Part shown: positions 52,757 to 64,000 of the stretch, in pieces
Numbering within the stretch: the stretch's first letter is position 1
Layout of the letters: each line of letters starts with the position of its first letter
DNA from: Squalus acanthias
Taxonomy: Eukaryota
Direction of reading: 5' to 3'
Length of the DNA: 64,000 bases
NCBI GenBank assembly: GCA_030390025.1
Contig: JASTWF010000359.1
Coordinates: 1 to 64,000, forward strand
Program-made: the position numbers and the translations under genes
Notes under the pieces: generated by a model
Databases searched by the model: none
Seen by the model: the letters and a program-made list of their open reading frames with translations, nothing else
What the model was told of the DNA's origin: nothing

Positions 52757-53707
52757 ATGGCAGGAGAGCTCTGCCTCGTGATATGCTCCTCCTGCTATAT
52801 GTGGGAAATCAGGGACGCTTCCTGTGTCCCTGACGACCATGTGTGTGGGAAGTGTATCCAGCTGCAGCTACTGATAGACCGCATTGCGGCACTGGAGCTG
52901 CAGATGGATGCATATTGGAGCATTCGCGACGCTGAGAACGTCGTGGATAGCACGTTTAGCGAGTTGGTCACACCGCAGGCAAAGGGTGTACAGGCAGGAA
53001 GTGAATGGGTGACCAGCAGGCAGAGTAAGAGGTGCAGGCAGGTAGTGCAAGGGTCCCCTGTGGCCATCCCCCTCTCAAACAGATATACCACTTTGGATAC
53101 TGTTGGGGGGGATGACTTATCAGGGGAAGGCAGCAGCAGCCAACTTCCTGGCACCATGGGTGGCTCTGCTGCACAGGCTGGGAGGAAAAATTGTGGAAGA
53201 GCTATAGTGATAGGGGACTCAATTGTAAGGGGAATAGATAGGTGTTTCTGCGGCCGCAAACGAGACTCCAGGATGGTGTGTTGCCTCCCTGGTGCAAGGG
53301 TCAAGGACGTCTCGGAGTGGCTACAGAACATTTTGGAGGGGGAGGGCGAACAGCCAGTTGTCGTGGTGCACATAGGCATCAACGATATAGGTAAAAAACG
53401 GGATGAGGTCCTAAAAGCAGAATATAGGGAGTTAGGAGGTAAATTAAAAAATAGGACCTCAAAGGTAGTAATCTCAGGATTGCTACCAGTGCCACGTGCT
53501 AGTCAGAGTAGAAATAGGAGGATATTTCAAATGAAAATGTGGCTAGAGGAATGGTGCAAGGGGGAGGGATTCAAATTCCTTGGACATTGGAACCGGTTCT
53601 GGGGGAGGTGGGACCAGTACAAACGGGACGGTCTGCACCTGGGCAGGGCTGGGACCGATGTCCTAGGGGGAGTGTTTGCTAGTGCTGTTGGGGAGGGTTT
53701 AAACTAA
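52757..53707 (+). CDS. CR1 ORF1p: Cys-rich zinc-finger/leucine-zipper N-terminus plus SGNH/GDSL esterase domain (316 aa, intact)
   Basis: CSSCYMWE..CGKCIQLQLL..LELQ; IVIGDSIVR, CLPGARV, HIGINDI and DGLHL blocks. Confidence 0.92.
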   Translation: MAGELCLVICSSCYMWEIRDASCVPDDHVCGKCIQLQLLIDRIAALELQMDAYWSIRDAENVVDSTFSELVTPQAKGVQAGSEWVTSRQSKRCRQVVQGSPVAIPLSNRYTTLDTVGGDDLSGEGSSSQLPGTMGGSAAQAGRKNCGRAIVIGDSIVRGIDRCFCGRKRDSRMVCCLPGARVKDVSEWLQNILEGEGEQPVVVVHIGINDIGKKRDEVLKAEYRELGGKLKNRTSKVVISGLLPVPRASQSRNRRIFQMKMWLEEWCKGEGFKFLGHWNRFWGRWDQYKRDGLHLGRAGTDVLGGVFASAVGEGLN

Positions 53708-53829
53708 AGTGGCAGGGGGTTGAGAACCTGAGCAGGGAGACAGAGGAAAGGGAAACAAGGATAAAAGCAAAAGACAGGAAGGAGAAAAACAAAAGTAGAA
53801 GGCAAAGAACTCAACGGTTTAAATCAAAC

Positions 53830-56691
53830 ATGGACACAGTAAATAATAATTCATATAGGTCTGAGAGCGTTAAAAAAACAAGCCTGAAGGCTTTGTGTCT
53901 TAATGCAAGGAGCATTCGGAACAAGGTGGATGAATTAGCTGCGCAAATAGAGGTAAATGAATACGATTTGATTGGGATTACAGAAACATGGCTCCAGGGT
54001 GGCCAAGACTGGGAACTCAACTTCCAGGGGTATTCAATATTTAGGAAAGATAGGCAAAAAAGAAAGGGAGGTGGGGTAGTATTGCTGGTTAAAGAGGGGA
54101 TTAACACAATTGAAAGGTAGGATATTAGCTCTGATGATGCGGAATCTGTATGGGTAGAACTGAGAAATAACAAGGGGCAGAAAACATTAGTGGGAGTGGT
54201 ATATAGACCTCCAAACAGTAATACGGAGGTTGGGGATGGCATTAAAAGGAAAATTAGAGAAGCATGCAGTAAGGAACCAGCAGTCATCATGGGTGACTTT
54301 AATTTGCATATAGATTGGGCTAACGAAATTAGTAAAAATACTGTGGAGGAGGAATTCCTAGAATGTTTACAGGATGGTTTTCTGGAACAATATGTCGAGG
54401 AACCAACCAGAGATCAGGCCATCTTAGACTGGGTATTATGTAACGAGAAAGGATTAATTAGCAATCTTGTTGTACGAGGCCCCTTGGGTCAGAGTGATCA
54501 TAATATGATAGAATTCTTCATTAGGATGGAGAGTGAAGTAGTTGAATCAGAGACTAGGGTCCTGAATTTAAATAAAGGAAACTACGATGGTATGAGGCGC
54601 GAATTGGGTGGGATTGATTGGGGAATGTCACTCAAAGGGTTGACGGTGGATAGGCAATGGCAAACATTCAAAGACTGCATGGATGAACGACAGAATTTGT
54701 TCATCCCAGTGTGGCATAAGAATAAAACAAAAAGGGTGACTCTACCGTGGCTAACAAGGGAAATTAGGGATAGCATAAGATCCAAGGAGAGGGCATATAA
54801 ATTGGCCAGAAAAAGCGGTAACCCTGAGGATTGGGAGCAGTTTAGGATTCAACAAAGGAGGACAAAGGGATTAATTAAGAAGGGGAAAATAGAATATGAA
54901 AGTAAGCTTGCAGGGAACATAAAAACTGACTGTAAGAGCTTTTATAGATATGTGAAGAGAAAAAGATTAGTGAAATCAAGTGTAGGTCCCTTGCAGTCAG
55001 AAGCGGGGTAAGTTATAATGGGGAACAAAGAAATGGCAGGCCAATTAAATGCATATTTTGGTTCTGTCTTCACAAAGGAGGACACAAATAACCTCCCAGA
55101 GATGTTGGAGAACATACGGTCTGATGAAAGGGAGGAACTGAAAGAAATCAGTATTTGCAGGAAAATGGTGTTAGGGAAATTGACGGGATTGAAGGCCGAT
55201 AAATCCCCAGGGCCTGATAATCTACATCCTAGGGTACTTAAAGAAGTGGCCCTAGAAATAGTAGATGCATTGCTGATCATCTTCCAACATTCCATGGAAT
55301 CTGGAACTGTACCCATGGATTGGAGGGTAGCCAATGTTACCCCAATATTCAAAAAGGGTGGTGGAGAGAAAGCGGGGAATTACAGACCGGTAAGCCTGAC
55401 ATCGGTAGTGGGGAAAATGCTAGAGTCCATTATAATGGATGTAATAGCTGAGCACTTGAAAAACAGTGACAGGATCGGACAAAGTCAACATGGATTTACA
55501 AAAGGTAAATCGTGCTTGACTAATCTACTGGAATTTTTTGAGGATGTAACTGGGAAAATAGATAAGGGAGAACCAGTAGATGTGGTGTATTTGGACTTTC
55601 AAAAGGCTTTCGATAAGGTCCCGCATAAGAGATTAGCGTGTAAAGTTAAGGCACATGTGATTGGGGGCAAAGTATTGACTTGGATAGATAACTGATTGGC
55701 AGACAGAAAGCAGAGAGTAGGAATTAATGGGTCTTTTTCCGAGTGGCAGGCAGTGACTAGTGGGGTACCGCAGGGTTCGGTCCTTGGACCCCAGCTATTC
55801 ACAATATACATTAATGATCTGGATAAGGGAACTAAATGTAATATCTCCAAGTTTGCAGATGACACAAAGCTGGGTGGGTGTGTGTGCTCCGAGGAGGATA
55901 CTGAGAAACTCCAGGATGATTTGGACAGGTTGGGTGAGTGGGCAGAAGCGTGGCAGATGCAATATAACGTGGATAAATGCGAGGTTATCCACTTTGGTGT
56001 CAAAAACAGAAAGGCAGACTATTATCTGAATGGCAATAGATTGGGAGAAGGGGAAGTGCAACGAGACCTGGGTGTCCTTGTGCACCAGTCGCTGAAGGTA
56101 AGCATGCAGGTGCAGCAGGCGGTGAAGAAGGCAAATGGTATGTTGGCCTTCATAGCGAAAGGGTTTGTGTATAGGAACAGGGATGTCCTGCTGCAGTTGT
56201 ACAGGGCCTTGGTGAGACCACACCTTGAGAACTGTGTGCAGTTTTGGTCGCCTTATCTGAGGAAGGATGTTCTTGCCATGGAAGGAGTTCAGCGAAGATT
56301 CACAAGGCTGATACCTGGGATGGCAGGAATGATATATGAGGAGAGATTGGGTCGATTGGGCTTTAACTCACTGGAGTATAGAAGAATGAGAGGGGATCTC
56401 ATCGAAGCATATAAAATTCTGACAGGTCTGGACAAACTAGATGCAGAAATAATGTTCCCGATGGTCGGAGAGTCCAGAACCAGGGGTCATAATCTAAAGA
56501 TAAGGGGTAAGCCATTTAGGACAGAAATGAGGAAGAATTTCTTCACCCAGAGAGTGGTGAACCTGTGGAATTCTCTACCACAGAAGGCAGTTGAGGCCAA
56601 GTCATTAAATATATTCAAGAATGAGTTAGACATATTTCTTAAAGCTAAAGGTATCAAGGGATATGGGGAGAAGGCAGGTACAGGGTACTGA
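53830..56691 (+). pseudogene. CR1 ORF2 (APE endonuclease + reverse transcriptase) with three in-frame stops (~54118, ~55009, ~55693)
   Basis: CLNARSIRNK, GITETW, YRPP, MGDFN, SDH, KSPGPD, YLDFQKAFDKV, VPQGSVLGP, FADDTKL; all segments in one reading frame. Confidence 0.93.
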
Positions 56692-56750
56692 GTTTGGATG
56701 ATCAGCCATGATCTCATCGAATGGCGGAGCAGGCTCGAGGGGCCGAATGG

Positions 56751-57450
56751 CTGCCTGTCGGGCGGGAACGCTCCCGAAAAGGCCGCAGCCCAGGAGCAGG
56801 TAAGTTTAGTGGCTGTTGGTGGCAGAGATTGCAGGGAGGGTGATGGGGGGGGGGGCGCGGCGGGTAGAGCGTCGTTGGTTGGGGGGGGTCATTGATCGTG
56901 TGGCGGGGTGGAAGATCACGGGGCCAGGGAGAGATCGGAGAGGGTTCGGAGATCGGGGCAGAGATGGGGGGGCGTTTGGGAGGAGAGTCAGAGATCGGGG
57001 GGGGGGTGATCGGGGGTCGCTGATGAGGGAGGCGGTGATCACGGGGTAGGTTGGTTATGAGGGTGTTGGGAGGAGATCGTGGAGGTGTGGCGGGTTTACA
57101 GGTTAGCTTGGGGGGCCGGGGGGAAGTACTCCCGCTCCTCCTGGCCCACAAGCAGTGCTGTAAAGGCATTTACCTGATGGATCCGGCCCGTCTCACCTCC
57201 TTTTACCTGCCGGGTTTCCCGAGGCCCAGGAAACCCGGCCAACATGATTTAAAAATAGAAACCCTGTTAAAGTGGAGGCAGGCGGCCTCCTTAAAAGGTT
57301 TCAATGTCCTACCCGCCTCCTGAGAGTGGATTGGTCGCTCGACCCTCGTCCCGCCTCCGTTAACACAGCAAGGGGGTGGGTTTGAGGCGGGTTGGGTTCC
57401 TGTATCAGATTCTTAACATTTTAACCTCCCACCCGACCCCAATCCCCCCA
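56751..57450. mobile_element. GC/G-rich partial non-autonomous element related to 47987-48812
   Basis: Shares a gggtttcccgaggcccaggaaacccg-like hairpin motif (compare ~48217) and cccgcctcc words; ends uncertain. Confidence 0.45.
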
Positions 57451-59038
57451 GTGATGCAAAGTGTGACAAGGCAACACAGGAAGTAAGCATGACAGCAGGT
57501 GAATCCGGATTAATGGGTAGCGGACAATTGGACCAAGGCTCGCAGACAGATTTCAGTCCACATTTTCAGTCCACATTAAGTCCATATTTTTATATTATAC
57601 TTCAACTGATAGAAATTTGCTCTTCTTCTCTTCCTCCTTGCATGCCCTTTCCTCTTCTTCACCTGTCTGCTGTTAATATGGAGAGGGGTTCTAAGGTTGT
57701 GTAAGTAATTGCTGTCTGGGGAGATGGTGACACTTACTGTAAGATCCCAGGTTCGTGCCCTCCTATAACCAGAGAGCAGTGTGAAGGATTAGTTCGACAA
57801 CACCAACAACAACTTGCATTTATATAGCACCTTTAACGTAGTAAAACATCCCAAGGTGCTTCACAGGAGCGATTATCAAAACAAAATTTGACCCCGAGCC
57901 AAATATGGAGATATTAGGGCAGATGTCCAAAAGCTTGATCAAAGAGGTAGGTTTTAAGGAGCGTCTTGAAGGAGGAGAGAGAGGTAGAGAGGCGGAGAGG
58001 TTTAGGGAGGGAGTTTCAGAGTTTAGGGCCTAGGCAGCTGAAGGCACGGCCACCAATGGTTGAGCGATTATAATCAGGGATGGTCAAGAGGTGAGAATTA
58101 GAGGAGCGCAGATATCTCGGGGGGTTGTGGGGCTGGTGGAGATTACAGAGATAGGGAGGGGCGAGGCCATGGAGGGATTTGAAAACAAGGATGAGAATTT
58201 TAAAAATCGAGATGTTGCTTAACCGGGAGCCAATGGAGGTCAGTGAGCACAGGGGTGATGGGTGAACGGGACTTGGTGCGAGTTAGGACACGGGCAGCCG
58301 AATTTTGGATGACCTCAAGTTTACGTAGGGTAGATCGTGGGAGGCCGGCCAGGAGAGCGTTGGAATAGTCAAGTCTAGAGGCAACAAAGGCATGGATGAG
58401 GGTTTCAGCAGCGGATGAGCTGAGGCAGGGGTGGAGTGGGGCGATGTTTCGGAGGTGGAAATAGGCAGTCTTAGTGATGGCGCAGATGTGTTGTCAGAAA
58501 CTCATCTCCAGGTCAAATGGAAAGAAGGGAAGACTTGCATTTCTATAGCACCTTTCACAACCTCAGGACAACCCAAGCGCTTTACAGCCAATGAAATACT
58601 TTTGAAGTGTAGTCACTGTTGTAATTTAGGAAACATGACACCAAGGTTGCGAACAGTCTGGTTCAGCCTCCGACAGTTGCTAGGGAGAAGGATGGAGTCC
58701 GTGGCTATGTAACGGCGTTTGTGGCGGGGACTGAAGACAATGGGGGAAAAATTAGGTCGCGCCCCGTTTGGGGTGCAAATATCGTCTGGACGCAAAAATT
58801 AGCGCCTGGCGCTAATTATCGCCACTGACTGGAAACTTCACTTTTACCGCCCCGGGAGGTGAGTGGAGCGCTAAATCAGGCGCTGCACACCTGTCTTAGG
58901 GCGCAAAGGCCGAGCAGTGAGGCGCTAACCGGCCAGTTCTTAAAGCGGGGGGGCCAACTTGCTCCCCAGCCACACCCTGCTCATTGCAGCCTTGAATCTC
59001 GGCCTGGAGAGACCTGTGAATCCATTTTGCTGCCAAGG

Positions 59039-60977
59039 ATGGAGAGGGAGAGAGAACGAGCTCAGCGCTTCACCGAGCGGGCCTTGGATGCTCTGGTTGG
59101 CGCGGTGGAGCGCAGAAGATGTATACTCTTCCCTGAGAGTGGCAGGAGGCCTTTGCCACGCGAGTACAGAAGAGTGTGGAGGGAGGTGGCTCAGAGCGTC
59201 TCCTCCAGGAGCATGGTGCCCAGGACCCATGTTCAATGCCGCAAAAAGTTCAACGACCTCACTCGGGTCGTCAGGGTGAGTGGCTTTTTCTCAATACCTC
59301 TCCATCCCTCCATCTCAACCTCACTCTATGGCCAGAGGGTCTTAAAACCCCAATGCACAACACTCATCCAACACCTATGGCCCTTTCATGAAACACACAC
59401 ACACATTCCACACTTTGCATACAGTAAGGGCTATTCATTATGGGAGGCACATCAGGCAAGACCATGGCTGCATACAGTAAGGGCTATTCACCTATGGGAG
59501 GCACATCAGGCAAGACCATGGCTGCATACAGTAAGGGCTATTCACCTATGGGAGGCACATCAGGCAAGACCATGGCTGTATATTTACTCAGATGCTGTCC
59601 TTTTACTTGCAGGCCAAGCTGGCGCATAATAGGAGACAGAAGCAACGGACAGGTGGAGGGCGGCCTCAGCTGCAACCCCTCAGCGATCTTGAGGAGCGCG
59701 TCCACAGGATTGTGGCAAGCCGGGTGATCGGTCCCGTCACCACTGGAGACGCCGACCCCGTTCTGGACAGCAATGGTAAGGTCATCACCTTTTTGTCCTC
59801 TGTCCTTCCACTTGTCCCTCACAACACCAGCCTTTGACACTTTCAATCCAACTTGCTAACTCGCTGCACTTATTCCTCCCTTACTGCCACCCTGTCCTCA
59901 CGCTAAAGCCACTCTTGTACCTCCCTGCTTTCAGATGGTGATTCATCAGCTGAGGAGACGGGCCCTGAAGCTGCCAGTGGGAGTGAAGCTGCAGCCGAGG
60001 AGGAAGAGGAAGCCGGAGCATCAGTGCCACCCTCTCCCGAGGAAGCCCATGCCCACACTGGGAACACGCCTTCCCTGGAGGGGAGCATAGGGGAAGGGTC
60101 TGATGAAGGTGAAGCTCCAGGACCCAGCGGGCTGCAGCAACGCCATGGGGGTAGGGAAGAACGGGGGCCTTCTCCCCAGAGGGAGAGTATGCCAGCGACT
60201 CCTACTGCAATGGACGCAGAGGAGGAGCGGCTGATCGCAGAAATGAACACCCAGGCGGTGGGCATGCACACTGAGCTCATGGGTGCAGTGGGAAGGGTGC
60301 CCGAATGCATTGAGTCACTGGCAAGGAGTGTGGAGCACTTCGCTGTAGCACAGGCGGATGCCACACTAACGCTTAGTGCTGCAATTCAGTCACTGACTGC
60401 CGTGATCCCATCTCTGACTGCTCTCATGCAGACTCAGATTGAGGCCACGCGAGCACTGACTGCTGCCAACCTCGATGGTTCGTTCACATGTCCCCGGGGC
60501 TCTCACTGCGCCGCAGCAGGCCAGCAATCTGTGCTCCAGCAGATTGCTCCGGATGCTGAAGTGCTGCCCCGTGGGAGTGCCAGTGTGTCGGGCGAGCAGG
60601 GAGTTGCTGTCCTCTCTCACGATGACAGCATTCCTGCTGCCAACACTGTCACTTCTCCACTGCACTTGCCACCGCCTGTAGGACAGACTGCTGCCGCCCA
60701 TGCAGAGTTGGTGCAGTCTGCAGCCTGGCCCTCCAGGCCCAGAACTGGTCGAGGCCGTCCTTCAGGGGCATCTGCAGTGTCAGGGTCTGACAATCTGCAG
60801 CCTTCCACCAGCCTTGCTGCAGCCACTGAGGTCCCATTACGGAGGAGCAGTAGGGTTAGAAGGGGGGAAGTGCGCAAGGGAAGGAGTCACCCTCGAAGGG
60901 CAAAAAGTAGGAGGTGTGACAAAATGCTGGTCATTTTTTTATTAAAGGCCGAGGTTCGTGGTCCAACTTTTGTCTAG
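59039..60977 (+). CDS. Harbinger Myb/SANT-like (trihelix) DNA-binding accessory protein; exons 59039-59275, 59613-59775, 59935-60977; 480 aa predicted
   Basis: RAQRFTERALDALV..WREVAQSVS..RTHVQCRKKFNDL and RQKQRTGGG motifs. GT-AG junctions (agg|gtgagt, ttgcag|gcc, atg|gtaag, tttcag|at) keep the frame: 237+163+1043 = 1443 nt. Confidence 0.85.
59417..59578. repeat. 54-bp tandem repeat x3 in intron 1 of the Myb/SANT gene
   Basis: gcatacagtaagggctattcacctatgggaggcacatcaggcaagaccatggct repeated. Confidence 0.9.
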
Positions 60978-61222
60978 TGTTTTGGACATTATCTCCAGGT
61001 TGTGAGAACCAGTTATGTTAATGACTGTTTTTTTGTGTTTATTTCTATGAGTTTGTCATGAGGAAATGACACACACAGAGTTTGTAAAATAAATAAGTTT
61101 TTGTATTCAAAATATACATGTTTGGTGTTTGGAATCATTGGTGCCTTGGCCGGCTTAGGGGTTGTGTGCTGGGTTCATTGATGTTGTTAGCAATGGCAGA
61201 AGCCATTTCCACAGCAGGGGCC

Positions 61223-62305
61223 CTAGAAGCGGCTTGCTATCAGCCGTTGACGGACGGCCCTTGCAGTTTCACCATTGTGGGCCGCCCTCCCGCCTTGGTG
61301 CTGCTGATGATCATCCTCCTCGTCCTCTTCCTCCTCTTCCTCCTCCTCCTCTGGTGGTGCTCCAAGGCCTGGTGGCATTGGCTGGATCCTGACGATTGCC
61401 ATGTTATGCAACATGCAGCACATGACTACGAAGTTGGATACTCGCTCAGGCGAGTACTGCAGGGCTCCTCCAGAATGGTCGAGACAGCGGAACCGTTGCT
61501 TCAGCACGCCGATTGTGCGCTCAATGATGTTCCTGGTAGCTTGATGGCTCTCGTTGTACCGCAGCTCAGCAGGGGTGTTGGGCGTACGGAGCGGTGTCAT
61601 CAGCCAGGTGCTCAATGGATACCCCTTGTCCCCGAGAAGCCAACCAACTGGCTGATGCGGTGCCTCGAAAAGTTCTGCCACAGTAGTCTGGCGCAGGATG
61701 AAAGCATCATGGCAGCTGCCAGGATAGTGGGCATTGACAGCGAGTATCAGCTGTCTGTGGTCACAGGCCAACTGAACATTCAAGGAATGGAACCCCTTTC
61801 TGTTCCGGAATTCCTTGGCATTCTCATGTGGAGCACGCAAAGCCATATGTGTGCAGTCAATGGCGCCCTGCACCATGGGGAAGCCCGCTATCCTCGCAAA
61901 GCCCAGAGCGCGGTCACGCTGCTTGTCTAGGGTCATGGGGAACGAGATGAACTCTCGTCTCCTTTTAAAGAGGGCATTTGTGACCAGCTGGATGCAGCAA
62001 TGCACCGCGAACTGGGAGATATTGGCGAGGTCCCCAGCAGCAGCTTGAAATGAGCCAGTAGCATAGAAGTTGAGAGCCACTGTGACCTTCACTGCCACCG
62101 ACAGAGACGTCCTGGACCTCAGTTGAGGCTGCAGATCTGGCTGCAGCAGGTGGCAGAGCTCAGTGACCACCTCCTTGCTGAATCGCAGCCTTCGCAAACA
62201 CAGCTCCTCAGACAAATGAATGTAGGAGAGCTGTTCACGATATACCCTGGGAGGGTAAGCTCTCCTGTACATACACCTGTTGGCCCTCCTCCGTCTGGCC
62301 ATCAT
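61223..62305 (-). CDS. Harbinger DDE transposase (HARBI1-like), 360 aa from the first in-frame ATG
   Basis: GAIDCTH, FRNRKGFHSLNVQ, YPGSCHDAFIL, LLGDKGYP, IIERTIGVLKQRFRCLD; all three catalytic acidic residues present. Confidence 0.93.
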   Translation of the reverse strand: MMARRRRANRCMYRRAYPPRVYREQLSYIHLSEELCLRRLRFSKEVVTELCHLLQPDLQPQLRSRTSLSVAVKVTVALNFYATGSFQAAAGDLANISQFAVHCCIQLVTNALFKRRREFISFPMTLDKQRDRALGFARIAGFPMVQGAIDCTHMALRAPHENAKEFRNRKGFHSLNVQLACDHRQLILAVNAHYPGSCHDAFILRQTTVAELFEAPHQPVGWLLGDKGYPLSTWLMTPLRTPNTPAELRYNESHQATRNIIERTIGVLKQRFRCLDHSGGALQYSPERVSNFVVMCCMLHNMAIVRIQPMPPGLGAPPEEEEEEEEEDEEDDHQQHQGGRAAHNGETARAVRQRLIASRF

Positions 62306-63176
62306 TGCCACTCTCTCTCTCTGCGTCTCTGTGTCCTCCGATTCAGCTGGAGCAGGACGACGCCCCCATTCAGTGCAGCCCCCATAGTCTCTTTGCAAGC
62401 AAAGTTATGAAGGACAGCAACCAAAGTACCAGCGAAGTTAGGATCAGTAGGCAAAACTACCTCACAAAGCGTTGACTCAATGCAGAAGTCTCTCTTTCTC
62501 TCTCTCCGAATCTCTCTCTCTCTCTCTCAGAACGAGTGGTGCAAAAATGTCAACCACAGAAAAAGACAGGAAGAGGCCCCCTTTAAATAGCGCCCCCCCC
62601 AGCCCCACAGCGATTGATAGCGTTCCAGTCTTCCTGTCGTTGGATGCGCCAGGCGGTAAGGCAGGGGGCGCCACTCAATTTCCGCTCCGGTGCGCCACAA
62701 GGGCGTTGCACCATGAAATGACGTCACAATCTGCGCGCGCAGGTGGTCGCAGCGGTAAAGTTTAGTGCCGCCGCACAATGTCTAGTTAAGTTCCCGAGCG
62801 GCGCAAACATCGCTGCGCCCGGGCGCTAGCGGCTTTGCGCCCCATTAGCGCCCTCTTAAGGCGCTAACGGGAGGCGCAACCAACTGAATTTTTACCCCAA
62901 TGACTTTGGTCTTCCCAATATTTAGTTGGAGGAAATTTCTGCTCATCCAGAACTGGATGTCGGACACGCAGTATGACAATTTAGAGACAGTGGAGGGGTC
63001 GAGAGAGGTGGTGGTGAGGTAGAGCTGGGTGCCGTCAGCGTGCATGTGGAAACTGATGCTGTGTTTTCAGATGATGTTGCCGAGATGAGCTTCTAGATGT
63101 ATTGCTCAATGTTAGAGGGTGAAGAGTGTGCTGGTGTCCAGGGAACGCAAGGGAGAGAGCTTAGTGGGTTACCTCA

Positions 63177-63510
63177 CCTGCCCTGCTCAGGCCATTGACC
63201 TTCTTGTGGCCCTGGTCTGCACACCTGGGGTGAGGGTTGGCACTCAGTGCCAGTGCAGAGACCTTTTCGCTGAGGCTTCCTCCCACACAGATCCAGCAGC
63301 CTCTCTGCCTGTCTCTGTCTCACTCTCTCACTGTTTGTCTCTCTCTGTCTCTCTCTATCACTCTCTCTGTGTGTCTCTTTCTGTCTCTCTCTCTGTCTGT
63401 CTGTCTCTTTCTCTCTCTCCATCTCTCTTTCTTCTGCTCAATCTCCTCGAGGAGGGTTTGCAGGTCAGTCTCACTGATATGCTGAGCTCTTCTTTTCCTC
63501 CTTGCATTGC
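63177..63510 (-). pseudogene. Decayed Myb/SANT-like exon (Harbinger accessory-gene type) interrupted by a GA-rich microsatellite (~63300-63430)
   Basis: Manual translation across frames gives RRKRRAQHISETDLQTLLEEIEQKKE..VWEE..EKVSALAL..PRCADQGHKKVNGLSRA, then donor cag|gtgag, colinear with exon 1 at 59039. Confidence 0.6.
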
Positions 63511-63814
63511 CCTTTCCGCTTCTTTGTCTGTCTGTGCCAGATCTTCCACGGAGTCCTCCAGTGCAGTTCCCTGAGTGAACGCAGTAATCCAGAGCCTTCC
63601 CTGCTGCCCTGCTCTTCCCCGATCTTCAGTCTGATGTCCTTTCAAAGGCTGTATTCTCATATCCAAGCCTCCCAGTCATTACTCCCTTTTTATATGGGAT
63701 TTGCGCTAATGAACCACCAATGGAGGTTTAAATGAGCTGACCCTGCAGATTGTGGCGGATTCAGTTCTGTAGAGCATCGATGGGCACTGCTCCAAACTCA
63801 TTGGCGCAAATCCA

Positions 63815-63945
63815 GAGCTTAGGGCCCAGGCACGGTCGCCAATGGTGGAGCGATGAAAATCAGGGGATGCGCAAGAGGCCAGAATTGGAGAAGTGCTGAG
63901 ATCTCGGAGGGTTGTAGGGTTGGAGGAGGTCACAGAGATATCCGA
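63815..63945 (-). mobile_element. L2 fragment
   Basis: cttagggcccaggcacggtcgccaatggtggagcgatg..gagatctcggagggttgtaggg matches 58020-58155. Confidence 0.75.
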
Positions 63946-64000
63946 CTTAATTTTTAAGTCAGGGCTACAACCCATTTAAACAGTCATTATCAGGGCCTTT

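Larger units (their letters stand above)
52242..56750 (+). mobile_element. Near full-length CR1 LINE (5' UTR, ORF1, ORF2, clipped 3' UTR)
   Basis: Intact ORF1; ORF2 in a single frame with three stops; GC-rich 5' UTR with an internal duplication. Confidence 0.96.
58742..62898. mobile_element. Structurally complete PIF/Harbinger DNA transposon (4157 bp)
   Basis: TIR gggggaaaaatt / aatttttacccc (12 bp, 1 mismatch); 3-bp TSD AAT at 58739-58741 and 62899-62901; convergent Myb/SANT and transposase genes; host L2 rejoins exactly. Confidence 0.95.
57800..63090 (-). mobile_element. L2-clade LINE 3' portion, split by the Harbinger insertion and a SINE tail (~58520-58635)
   Basis: HADGTQLYL..DIQFWMSRNFLQLNIGKTKVI continues across the insertion into VFSP..LNQTVRNLGVMF; tail gtgctatataaatgcaagttgttgttg. 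Confidence 0.85.

Noticed and set aside
61118..61930. 270-aa plus-strand ORF with a hydrophobic stretch
   Set aside because: Antisense shadow of the transposase; the Leu/Phe run mirrors its acidic tail.
61223..62398. Calling the transposase the host gene HARBI1
   Set aside because: It lies inside TIRs with a TSD and a partner Myb/SANT gene, so it is a transposon gene.

Overview
Eukaryotic, repeat-saturated genomic DNA, most likely a cartilaginous fish (inferred from the CR1/HER1-, HE1- and DeuSINE-like repeats, not from a search). The only host coding sequence I can support is one 144-bp exon (20045-20188, +) encoding the C2H2 finger of a ZNF804-family gene (closest to ZNF804B as I recall it). 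It sits on a ~780-bp unique island between two giant purine-rich tandem arrays (1-19848 and 20629-27379). All the huge minus-strand ORFs in the track over those arrays are repeat artefacts. The rest is nested mobile DNA: many CR1 LINE pieces, one near full-length CR1 with an esterase ORF1, L2 pieces, SINEs, one structurally complete two-gene PIF/Harbinger transposon, decayed Harbinger relatives and MITEs. The most striking signal is a Penelope-like (RT + GIY-YIG) family present as three independent palindromic insertions of about 3.6 kb, 0.5 kb and 0.2 kb. They share the same asymmetric termini, each has its own 12-14 bp TSD, and each carries a minimal hammerhead ribozyme motif with a compensatory base-pair change between copies. 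A 24-bp minisatellite that grew out of a CR1 ORF2 is also notable. Coordinates were read by eye; repeat boundaries may be off by a few bases.
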